Assembly: GCF_963921235.1 (NCBI RefSeq)
Contig: NC_086125.1
Span: 29,636,001 to 29,700,000, forward strand
Reading direction: 5' to 3'
DNA length: 64,000 nucleotides
Origin: Mobula hypostoma
Taxonomy: Eukaryota
Part shown: piece after piece, positions 26,193 through 37,519 of the stretch
Layout: each line of letters opens with the position of its first letter
Numbering within the stretch: position 1 is the stretch's first letter
Translations under genes and position numbers: made by a program
The notes under the pieces: generated by a model
The model's database searches: none
What the model was told of the DNA's origin: nothing
What the model saw: only the letters and a program-made list of their open reading frames with translations

Positions 26193-27137
26193 CTGTGGGT
26201 TTCAACAATAAAAATTACATTTAGGGAGCCATGGATCCTCAGTACCGTGACCACTGCGCCCAAGGTTCAAACACACAAAGCACATGGGCTGGGCAACGTA
26301 ACGATTATCTGAAATTTCTCAAGAATAAGATGTATTAGATTGATTGCGAGGATGTGGCAGGTGCACATGTGGCCACTTGATAGCGCGGTGAATCAGTTGG
26401 ATCTCCTGCGTACGCAGGGCTCTTTGGCACGGGCTTTGCAGTGCCCATGTTTTCAACACAGCCGGCCTGATTTGTTGTTCGCACACTAAAGTTGCCCAGC
26501 GTGTACAGAGGTTAACACAACTCAGCAAAAACGCTTCATCCTACAGCTCAGTTGTCATTATTGCTCCACGCGTACGTAACACCCGCCCTCCCGGTACCCT
26601 GAGGATAGTCTGACAAAGTGGAGTTAGTTTCTGTTTGGCACAGGGAGCGACTGTGATCTGTCAGCAGGTGATGGAGAAAGATCTGACTGTAACTGTTAGA
26701 ACTGGATAGGTGTGTATCCAGTAACCAGAGGGTCGTAGGGCAAGAGCAGGAGGAGGGACAAGCTGGATCACTCTGACCAACTGCTAGTGCAGATACAAGA
26801 GGCCATATAGCTTCTTTCCACACTGTAGGATCCCATGGAGGTACAATTCTGCAATGAACTCGTCTATTGATCAAGGCCATGGTTTATCACAGAGTCATAG
26901 AGCACTAGAGCATAGAACAGTGTTATGGTCTAAACAGCGCTTCAGCCCATCTAGTCCATGCCTAGTCCCATCGACCTGAAACGGGACCACCCTCCATACT
27001 CCGCCCGTCCATGTACTTATTCAAGTTTCTCTTTCACGTTGCAATTGAACCACATCCACCAGTTCCGATGGCAGCTCTTTCCACGTTTGCCCCACCTCTG
27101 AGTGAAAAGGTTTCTCCTCGGGTTCTCCTTAAATAAA

Positions 27138-28462
27138 AACATAGAAACATAGAAAACCTACAGCACAATACAGGCCCTTCGGCCCACAATGCTGTGCCGA
27201 TCATGTACTTACTTTAGAAATTACCTAGGGTTGCCCATAGCCTTTATTTTCCTAAGCTCCATGTACCTGTTCAGGAGTCTCTTTAAAGACCCTATCGTAT
27301 CCGCCTCCAGCAGCCCATTCCACGCACTCACCACTCTGTGCAAAAAACTTACCCCTGACATCTCCTCTGTACCTACTTCCAAGCACCTTAAAACTGTGCC
27401 CTCTCATGTTAGCCATGGGAAAAAGCCTCTAACTATCCACGTGATCAATGCCTCTCATCATCTTATACACCTCTTTCAAGTCACCTCTCATCCTCCACTG
27501 TTCCAAGGAGAAAAGGCCGAGTTCACTCAATCTATTCTCATTAGGCATGCTCCCCAATCCACACAACATCCTTGTAAGTCTCCTCTGCACCCTTTCTACA
27601 ATTTCCACATCCTTCCTGTAGTGAGGTGACCAGAACTGAGCACAGTACTCCAAGTGGGGTCTGACCAGGCTCCTATATAGCTGTAACATTACCTCTTGGC
27701 TCTTAAACTCAATCCCATGTTTGAGGAAGACCAATGCACTGTATGTCTTCTTAACCACAGAGTCAACCTGCACAGCAGCTTTGAGTGTCCTATGGACTCG
27801 GACCCCAAGATCCCTCTGATCCTCCACACTGTCTTACCATTAATACTATATTCTGCCATCATATTTGACCTACCAAAATGAATCACCTCACACTTATCTG
27901 GATTGAACTCCATCTGCCACTTCTCAGCTCAGTTTTGCATCCTATCAATGTCCCACTGTAACCTCTGACAGCCCTCCACACTATCCACAACACCCCCAAC
28001 CTTTGTGTCATCAGAAAACTTACTAACCCATCCCTCCACTTCCTCATCCAGGTCATTTTTAAAAATCACGAAGGGTAAGGGTCCCAGAACAGATCCCTGA
28101 GGCACTCCACTGGTGACCGACCTTCATGCAGAATATGACCCGTCTACAACCACTCTTTGCCTTCTGTGGGCAAGCCAGTTCTGGATCCACAAATCAGGAT
28201 CCCCTTGGATCCCATGCCTCCTTACTTTCTCAATAAGCCTGGCATGGGGTACCTTATCAAATGCCTTGCTGAAATCCATATACGCTACATCTACAGCTTT
28301 ACCTTCATCAATGTGTTTAGTCACATCCTCAAAAAATTCAATCAGACTCGTAAGGCATAACTGCCTTTGACAAAGCCATGCTGACTGTTCCTAATCATAT
28401 TATGCCTCTCCGAATGTTCATAAATCCTGCCTCTCAGGATCTTTTCCATCAACTTACCAACC
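27138..28462 (-). mobile_element. CR1-type LINE, 5'-truncated
   Basis: AVDVAYMDFSKAFDKVPH...; RPHLEYC; TTTCTATG tail. Confidence 0.9.
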
Positions 28463-29252
28463 AATCACTGAAGCAAGAATATTTTACCTTTCACCCTTAA
28501 TCTCTGACCTCTAGTTCTAGTCTCACTCAACCTCAGCAAAAAAAAAGTCAACTTGCATTTACCCATGTCTACATCTCATCCTTTTGTACACCTTATCAAA
28601 TCTCCCATCATTCTCCTGTGCTCCAGGGAACAAAGTCCTAACCTGTTCAACCTTTCTGTATAACTCAGATCCTCAAGTCCTGGCAACGTACATGTAAATT
28701 TTCTCTGCACTCTTTCCATCTCATTGATACCTTTTCTTTAGGTGGGTGAATAGAACTGCATACAATACTCTAAATTTGTCTTCTTATACGACTTCAACAT
28801 AATACTCCAATTCCTGTACTCAATACTTTGATTTATAGGTAGTAGGCAATATACCTTCTTTTTATAAATACAGCTCTGTGGTGATAAAAGTTCTGATCAA
28901 TTTTTTCTATATATTGTAAGGTTGGCTTGGAGTTGGGTAGTGGGAGGTTGGAGTTGGGGTGGTAACTAACTTTATACAATTCTACTATGGGTGCTTTTCC
29001 TTAACTGTTATGAACTGTACATTTGATATGTTTGTTTTGCACTGTATAAACCTCTAGTTTACTGTTTTTTTGTTGTTGCATTGTAGAAACTTATAAAAAT
29101 TAATTTAAAAAGTACTTTGATTTATGAAGGTCAAAGTGCTGAAAGCTTTCTTTAAGATCCTGCCTACCTGAGATGTCACTTTCAAAGAACCGTGGATCCG
29201 TATTTCCAGGTTTCCAGAGGTAAATAAAGTAGAACAATAACAATGTTGAATC

Positions 29253-29742
29253 AACACACACAAAATGCTGGTGGAACGCAGCAGGCCAGGCAGCATCTAT
29301 AGGAAGTACAGTCAACATTTCGGGCCGAGACCCTTCATCAGGACTACCCGAAAAAAGAGATAGTAAGAGATTTGAAAGTGGGAGGAGGAGACCCGAAATG
29401 ATAGGAGAAGACAGGAGGGGGAGGGATGAAGCCAAGAGCTGGGACGTTGATTGGCAAAAGGGATACAGAGCTGGAGAAGGGGGAGTATCATAGGATGGAG
29501 GGCCTTGGAAGAAAAAAGGGGGAGGGGAGCATCAGAGGAAGATGGAGAACAGGCAAGGAGTTATTGTGAGAAGGAAAGAGAGAAAATAAATAATAAATAA
29601 TAAATTAGGGATGGGGTAAGAATGGGAGGAGGGGTATTAACGGAAGTTAGAGAAATCAATGTTCATGCCATCAGGTTGGAGGCTACCTAGGCGGAATATA
29701 AGGTGGTGTTCCTCCAACCTAGGTGTGGCTTCATCTCGAACG
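29253..29742 (-). mobile_element. Penelope-like element 3' fragment
   Basis: DEATPRLEEHHLIFRLGSLQPDGMNIDF (GIY-YIG C-terminus) followed by a hammerhead core at about 29309-29345. Confidence 0.75.
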
Positions 29743-29931
29743 ATGTTGAATGAAGTGTTACAGTACGGTGAAAGTGCAGTGCAGGTAAGTAGTAAGGTAT
29801 AAGGCCATAACAAGGTGGTTTGTGTGCCGATGCCCACTGTTCCCAAGTAAGCTCGGACAGCGACCATTACTGGACAGTGTGGTGTCTTGGTGAACACAAT
29901 GCTCTCCACAGAGAGACCCCAGTTACTACAC

Positions 29932-30020
29932 CTGATACGTATCCAATGGCAGTGGAAACTGTCGGTAAGCTCAGATCGGGAAGAATTCTTTCAGGTGGAG
30001 TGAATTTAGTTAACCGGAAC
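29932..30020 (-). CDS. Uncharacterised gene, exon 2 (FRLTKFTPPERILPDLSLPTVSTAIGYVS)
   Basis: Acceptor ttttctgtcttgcag, donor CAG|GTGTAG; 89 nt, phase 2 to 1, fits both neighbours. Confidence 0.7.
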
Positions 30021-31603
30021 CTGCAAGACAGAAAACGCAGTGCAGTGCAATAACGATCACGAGAAAGGCAAACAATTCAAGTGTAATTGGTTCACTTTTG
30101 TGACTTGCACAGGTGGGACTTGCCAGGTGGATTAATTTTTCACCAAAAGTCACAGAGTCACACAGCATGAAAACAGACCTTTCCGCCCAACACATCTATG
30201 CTGACCAAGATGTCCCTCTCAGCTGTTTTTTTTTTACCTGTGTTTGGCCCAATAAGTTTTCCTGTTTATGTAGCCGTCTAAATTTTTTTATGTTAATGTA
30301 TCTGCCTCAAACAATTCCTCTGGCGGCTCATTCAATACACTGACCATCGTCTGCATGAAGCAGTTGCCCCTTGTGCTCCCATTAAATCTCAGCCCTCTCA
30401 GCTGAAACTCTTGTCCATAAGATCTAGAAGCAGAATTAGGCCATTCAGCCCATTGGGGCTGCTCTGCCATTCCACATTGGCTGATTTATTTTCCCTCTCA
30501 AGCCCCATTCTCCTGCCTTCTCCCTATAATCTTTGATACCCCTACTAATCAAGAACCTATGAACCTCCACTTTAAATATACAATGACTTGCGTGCATATT
30601 TATCTGTGACAATTAATTCCACAGATTCACCACCTCTCCACAGCTACCATATCTGGGCCTTTCAATATGTGATAGGTTTCGATGAGATTTCCCTCTATAG
30701 GTCTAGAGTGATCAAACACGCCTCACATGTTAACCCTTTCATTCCCAGGATCATTTTTGTGAACCTCCTCTAGACCCTCTCCAATGTCAACACATCTTTT
30801 CTTAGATAAGCTTCTCACAAACTCCAAATGTGGTGTGACTAATGCCTTGCTGCCTAGTTCATTTATTTACCAATCTGTGCATTAACCTTATCTATGCACT
30901 TGTAATTTTATACACCTCTATCAGATCACCCCTCAGTGGCCCTACTACACTTGGAGATGTTTCATTCCTGCAATATCTCTGACCTTCATCCTGGCACCAT
31001 TGGCAGCCACGTTTTCAGTTACCAAGTCTGCATTCCCCTCCCAAAATCCCTCTGCCTCTTCTTAACTCACTTTAAAATCCTAAATCTTTGTTCATGTTTT
31101 TGATTTCTTGATTTTCATTTTGCATTAAGGTCTCAGATGTTTTTTAAAATACCCTTCATTTTTCACGATCAAGTTATTTTTGGGAAGGTCAGCACGTGCA
31201 ACCTTTCTCCATTCGCCATTGAACTTGTGTAGCTTCTATTTCTGAATTACCGACTGAACTTCTGAACCATCATCAAAGACCCCCACCATCCAGGCTTTGC
31301 CATCTTCTCACTGCTGCCATCAGGCAGGAGGTACAGAAGCCTTAGGTCCCACACCACCAGGTTCAGAAACATGTATTACCATACAAACATCAGGCTGCGG
31401 AACCCGTGTTGCTGAACTGACTTCACAACCTATGGACTTACTTTTAAGGACTTTATAACTCACTTTCTCAGAATTATTTATTTTTAAATTTTATTTCAAT
31501 TTGCCTTCCTTTGCACATTGGCTGTTAGTCATTCTTCGTTTATGTACAGTTTTTCATAAACTCTTTGTTTTTCTTTATTTTCCTGTCAATGCCTGCAAGA
31601 AAA

Positions 31604-32281
31604 TGTAGCCCCCCTGGCCAGCCTCAGGGTCGCTCGGCTCGCTGTCGTCTAGGGAAACAGCCCTTGGCCCCACCAAACTGGGTAATCAGTTTCTGTGGAT
31701 GCTATGTGATGTACCCCACCCCCTCCAAATACCAGATACGATTAAATGATTTACAGTTTATAGATATTATTGGAACTATATAATTAATAGAGAATAAAAT
31801 ATAAAAGGTGCCACATTTATCAAAGTTCAATCTCTTTGTGCACAAACAGTTGGAGCTCAGGACCCTTCTTCCTCACCCTGCGACCCCTCAGACCACCTCG
31901 ACCGGCCGCCTAGGACCAACAATGGTGGTCAACCAGACGCTCCACACGAGTCCGTCTCCGTCTCCTCTCCTTGCTGAACACCCCACTTGGGGTCCGACCC
32001 CGTTAGCAGACATCACAGCACCTGGTCCATCCTCTGTCCCTCTCTCCCGCTTTCTCCCCCAAAACCCCACGCATACAAAATCTTACAGACACACCAAAAG
32101 CATAACAACTATCCCAATTGGTTCATAACACCTTCTTATCAGTAACGTAATCCAAACAAACTACTAGCGGGAGGACTTTCTCAGCAGTTAACATAACAAA
32201 GAAGCCCTTTCAATTACAACATAACAAAGAAGCTATTTTAATTATACTACGCAGTGACATTAAAAAAAGAAACCCCTTACA
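31604..32281. mobile_element. Solo LTR (about 678 bp) in a Rex1-type 3' tail
   Basis: TGTAG...TTACA termini with AAAA on both sides (possible 4-bp TSD); host sequence resumes afterwards. Confidence 0.65.
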
Positions 32282-32314
32282 AAAATAAATCTCAAGGTTG
32301 TATATGGTGATCTA

Positions 32315-32867
32315 CTCTCAGTGGCCACTTTATTAGGTACACCTACTCATTAATGCAAATATCTAATCATGTGACATCAACTTAATGTATAAAAGCATGC
32401 AGACATGGTCAAGAGGTTCAGTTGTTGTTCAGACCAAACATCACAATGGGGAAAAACTGTGATCTAGTGACTTTGTCTGTGGAATGATTGTCAGTGCCAA
32501 ATGGGGTGTTTGAGTATCTCAGAAACTGCTGATCTCCTGGGATTTTCATGCACAGCAGTCTCTGGAGTTTTCAGAGGATGGTGCAAAAAAACAGAAAAAA
32601 TATCTGGTGAACGACTGTTCTGGGGGTGAAAACCATTTGTCAACGACAGAGGTCAGAGGAGAATGTCTAGACTGGCTCAAGCTAACAGGAAGGCAACAGC
32701 AAATCAAATAACCATGTGTTACAACAGTAGTGTGCAGGAGAGCATCTCTGAATGCACAACATGTTGAACCTTGAAGTGGGTGGACTACAGCAGCAGAATA
32801 CCAGACCAGGTTCCACTCCTGAAGCCACCTTATTCTCTCCTGTCTTTAATAAAGTGGCCACTGAGTG
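32315..32867 (+). mobile_element. Non-autonomous Tc1-like DNA transposon
   Basis: TA|CTCTCAGTGGCCACTTTATTA ... TAATAAAGTGGCCACTGAGTG|TA. Confidence 0.85.
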
Positions 32868-33018
32868 TACACATACTTCGATAGTAAATTTATTTTTATC
32901 CCCTTTGTTCCTTTAAACCCAACTGCTAACTACTCTAGTGGGATTTGACATGGGACTCTAGATTATTAGATTAGGATACTGGATTACAAGATCAGGAACA
33001 ACCAATATTTTCTCTTAC

Positions 33019-33278
33019 CCTTCTGCCTGCTGCTGGACCTGACGGAAGAGGCTCGGATATGGATTTTGTGGCAGTTCTGTCCTCAGCAGCCTGGCATACA
33101 GGTCCTCTAGAAGTCCCTGAAGTCCAGTTGCATCCAAGTATTTCCACAGCAGGTTTAACCTTCGTGCTACGCTCGGGTTGCTAGATTGTGGAACCGTGAG
33201 CCTCTCAAAAATCTGGCCAGACATCTCCTTACTCTCAGCAATGCCTTTCATTCTCTGCAATTCACAGGGTCCAGTCAT
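33019..33278 (-). CDS. Uncharacterised minus-strand gene, coding exon 1 (ATG; D/D-like motif KYLDATGLQGLLEDLYARLLRTELPQNPYPSLF)
   Basis: Acceptor tttctccacag ends at 33299, with an in-frame TAA before the ATG at 33278. Donor GG|GTAAGA, phase 2. Matches ORF 33015..33278. Confidence 0.8.
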
Positions 33279-35199
33279 TGAAAATAATACTTAGTGACCT
33301 GTGGAGAAACAGTTTGTGCTTCAGATCAGGGGTTGAGGATGGTTCTATCTCCACAAACACTGAACATTTGTAGCATTTTCTGGTTTTCACTTCGGCATCT
33401 GCAGTATTTTGTATTCCTCCTGTGCCGTAGCCAGCAATACCTCAGGCTTAACTCAGTAAGGAATATCACTGGGGAAGGCAAAGAGGATCCTGTTCAGACA
33501 AATGGAACACTAGAAACAGGGGAACTGAAAGCAGAAATCGATGGGAATGTTCAGCAGGTCAAGTAGTATCTGCGGAGGGAGGATCAGTTAGTGTCTGAGG
33601 TCAGAGGACAGAAGTGTAGTTTAATGTTATGTGGGCAGTCCTGGAAACGAAGTTACAGAGAAACATCAGACAGAGGCAAAATACTCAGATGAGTCATTTC
33701 TTGTTTTGCTCGCTGAAATCTCCAGAGAAGTTGGTAAGGTATATTTCATGTACCACAGTGGCGGAAATCACTGCTTTCCTTCTCTTTGTGACACAGAATA
33801 TGTCCATTCAGCCCATCAGAACCATGTAGGCTCACGACAGAGGAATTACTTACTCTCCTCACTCTATTTTCTGTATCCCTGTAGTTCTGCCCCCCCCACA
33901 CACAAACACACACACAAATATCAATGCTTCTTTGATTCTTTTGCTGCTATGGAGATTAATTCACAGCAGCCAATTAACCTGCCAGTGCAGCTTTGGGATG
34001 GGGAGGTAACTGGAGCACTCGAGGGAAACCAGAACACCCAGGGAAGGCAGAGCACCTAAAAGTCTGAGAGCATGTACCAATAAACTCAGCTTCTAGCCTG
34101 CTGTTATATAACTATTGAATAGTTCTCCAGCATGATAAAATGGACTCTTAATCTCACAGTCGTTATGACTTTGCACCTTAGTGTCTACCTGAACTTTCTC
34201 TATAACTGTAACACTGTATTGGTTTCCATTGTATTACTTCAATGCACTGTTGTAATGAATTGATTTGTGTGAATAGAATGCAATTTTCTCAGTATATATG
34301 ACAATTAAAATTCAAATAGTATTTCCACGCCATTAGGTACAGTTTCAATCCCACAGGATAGCTAACAATTCATGAAAGATAAAAATAGAAAAAAAACTAC
34401 CGCTTTATTTCTCTTGTTTATTTCTCAGAAACATTAGAGAGTCCAGCTCAGAGTAAGAAAGCCAGAATCTCTGGGTGATTTCCAAGAGGTAAAATGGAAT
34501 TGGGTCCTGGAGGAGTAATGGATGGTACCACTAGGTGGTGCTGCCTCCACAGTCTGACTGGCGCTCCAGCACTGATAACCCTTCCCCCTCCAGCACTGAT
34601 AACCCTTCACCCACCCTGGGCTTGCACTGAGAAACTGAGATCAGACTCTGTCTGGAAAGCACCACAGGAAGTCATCACTAAATATAAAACTTTTCACAGC
34701 TGTATAATAGCAAGGGATACTTCAGAATCAATATCAGGTTCATTATCGTCTGCATATGTTGTGAATATATTTTTGTTTTTGTACAGTGCAATATATAAAA
34801 TATACTATAATTTACAGTAAGAAATATATTAAAAAAGAAGCAGTGCAAAAATAAAATACAGCGAGGCAGTGTTTCGTGGGTTCATGGACGTGGAGAAATC
34901 TGGAGGCGAAGAAGCTGTTCCTAAAACGTTGCGTGTGTGTCTTCAGGCTCCAGTAGGTCCGCCCCTGTGGTAGTATAATGAGAAGGCTTGTCCCGGATGG
35001 TGAGGGCTCTTTATGATGGATGCCAGCTTTCTGAGGCACCGTCGTTTAAAAAATGTCAATTGAGTCATTCGTTTAAAAAATAATGAGTTGTGCTTCAAGT
35101 GTGATACCACCCAGTTTAGTCACTGGAACATCTTTCTGTGTCAAGGGCAGAAATTGTTGATGGCCACACTGAAGCAGAAGAGACAAAAAAATGTTTGAA

Positions 35200-36195
35200 G
35201 TGTTGTGCGCGCTCAGCTTCCTGCTCTGCTCGCATTACACGTACGACTGTGGGACTAAGCATAGATCCCATGCTATCGCTTTATGTTTGTTGATGACACC
35301 ACAGTCATTGACCGATTCAAAGGTGGCGCCGAATCAGCAGATAGGAGGGAGATTGAAAATCTGGCTGAGAGGTGCCACTACAACTTCTTACTCAATGTCA
35401 GCAAGACCAAGGAGCTGGTTATTGATTTCAAGAGGAGGAACCCGGGGGTTCATGAGCCAGTCCTCATCGGGGAATCAGAGGTGGAGAGGGTCAGCAACTT
35501 TAAACTCCGTGGCGTTTCAAAGGACATGTCCTGGGCTCAGCACATAAATGCAATTAGAAGGAAGCATGGCGGTTTGCAAAGATTCGGTATGGCATCAAAT
35601 CAAATCTCCATAGAAGTGTGGGGGAAGAGCATATTGACTGGCTGCGTCACAGCCTGGTACATTACTGAACACCAATGCTCTGAACGGAAAATCCTACAAA
35701 AAGTAGCGGATACAGCCCAGTGCGTCGCGAGTAAAGCCCTCCTCGCTTAAGTAAATCAGCGTCCGTCACCAGGGATCCCCCACCGCCCAGGTCCTGCTCT
35801 CTTCTCGCTGCTGCCATCGGGAACTAGGTACAGGAGCCTCAAGATTCACACCACCAGCTTCAGGAACAGTTATTACCCCTTAGCCACCAGGCGCTTGCAC
35901 CAGAGGGGTAATTTCACACAGCTTCCCTTGCCGCATCACCGAATTGTTCTCATTACACGTTCGAGGTCTCTTCATCTCATGTTCTCCGTATTTATTGCTT
36001 AGTTATTTCTAATGATCATTCTTTTTATTTTGTATTTACACAATTTGTAGTCTTATGCACACTGCTTGTCCGCCCTGTTGGGTGCGGTCTTTCATTGATT
36101 CTTTTATGGTTATTGGATTTACTGAAAACGAATCTCAGTGCTGTATATGGCAACATATATGTACTTTGATTATAAACTTACTTTGAACTTTGAAT
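35200..36195 (+). mobile_element. Rex1/Babar-type LINE 3' fragment
   Basis: FVDDTTVI...LNVSKTKELVIDF...; (ACTTTGA)n tail. Confidence 0.85.
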
Positions 36196-36859
36196 TGCTC
36201 TCTCCCCATACCCTAGGGTGCCTAGAAATGTATATCTCTCCTTAAATATATTGTGTGTCTCTGCCCCACCCCCACCATCAACTTGTTTGTTTACCATTTC
36301 AACCCCAGACCCTCTCCTGAGACCATGTCCTGGACAACCCGCCAAACTCGGCCAGAGCTTAGAACATTTCGATGAGATCTCCCCTTGCTCTTCTGAACTC
36401 AAGCCAGTTGAGATCTAGAGAAACCAGAAGCCACAGATGCTGGAGTCTGGAGCAACACACAAAGATGCTGGAGAAACAGACAATCGACATCTCGGGTCTG
36501 AAAGATAGGGGACAACGGCTCATGTATCGAGACGGAGGGGAGGGGGCGCAGTAGGAGCTGGCACGTGGATCCAGGTGAAGAGGGGCGAAGGGCAGATGGA
36601 GGAAGGGTAGAGACAGAGGCTGAGAGGTGACACTGGAGTGCAGATAGTGGAATCTGATCGGAGAGGAAGGAGGAGCATTGAGGGAGGTGGGGAGGGCAGA
36701 TGGGGACGGTGGGATGGGGTGGGGGGAAGTGTATGGGCGATGGGCTGACGGAATGTGTGGAGCAGGGGAAGAAACAGGGTGGTGGGGGTTGTCGGCCCAG
36801 TCTGTCATTGTACAACAGTCCCATCATCCCAGTAGTCAGCCTGATAAATCTTCACTGTT

Positions 36860-37410
36860 CCCGCTGTACGGCCGTTACTTATTAGGCGAGGAGGTCGAAG
36901 CTGCAGACTCATCTCCAGATGTGGTGTGTCCGACACCCAGTACTGTATCAGTTAGTAGGACCTCTCTGGTAAGGGCTATTTCCCCCGATGTCGCACACGC
37001 TCTCTAGGAAGACCTTGCCCACTTTCCCACGCCGCCCTGCAGCCCTCCGAGGTCATTGCGCCTCCAGCCACTCCCCCCCCACCCCCATTCCTTATTCATG
37101 GGGCATTAAAGCACCTTTCCTTCCTCAATCCGTTACCCCGCGACTCACAAGCACCCCTCGGTGTGCACTTGAAGCCTCTCGTAGTTAAATGGTTGAATGT
37201 ACTTACTGGGCGGCCGGTCAGGGCCCGATTTTACCTCCGCTGAGCTGTTGGGGGAATCGCGGTAGCGCGTCCCTGGTAACGGGCGGTGTGAGTGGCAGGA
37301 AGCATGTGTAACCCGGAACTCGGCGCTCGTCGACAGCAGCCGGACCCGCTGACTCTGACCGCACCTTGCACAACGACCAGACACCACATCCCCGCGACAA
37401 GACGAGTTAC
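36860..37410 (-). promoter_or_regulatory. CpG-rich promoter / non-coding first exon of the minus-strand gene
   Basis: Non-repetitive CpG-dense island; minus-strand donor CCA|GTAAGT at 37206-37201; X-box-like GTTACCAGGGACGC at 37280-37267. Confidence 0.55.
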
Positions 37411-37519
37411 CATCCTCCAACAGAAAATAGAATAAAGAGAACGAAAAGTGAAATAAATAAAGATAGATAAAATGAGGTCGAGAAGAGATAGCAGATAGAA
37501 AAGGCATGCAACAAGGGCA

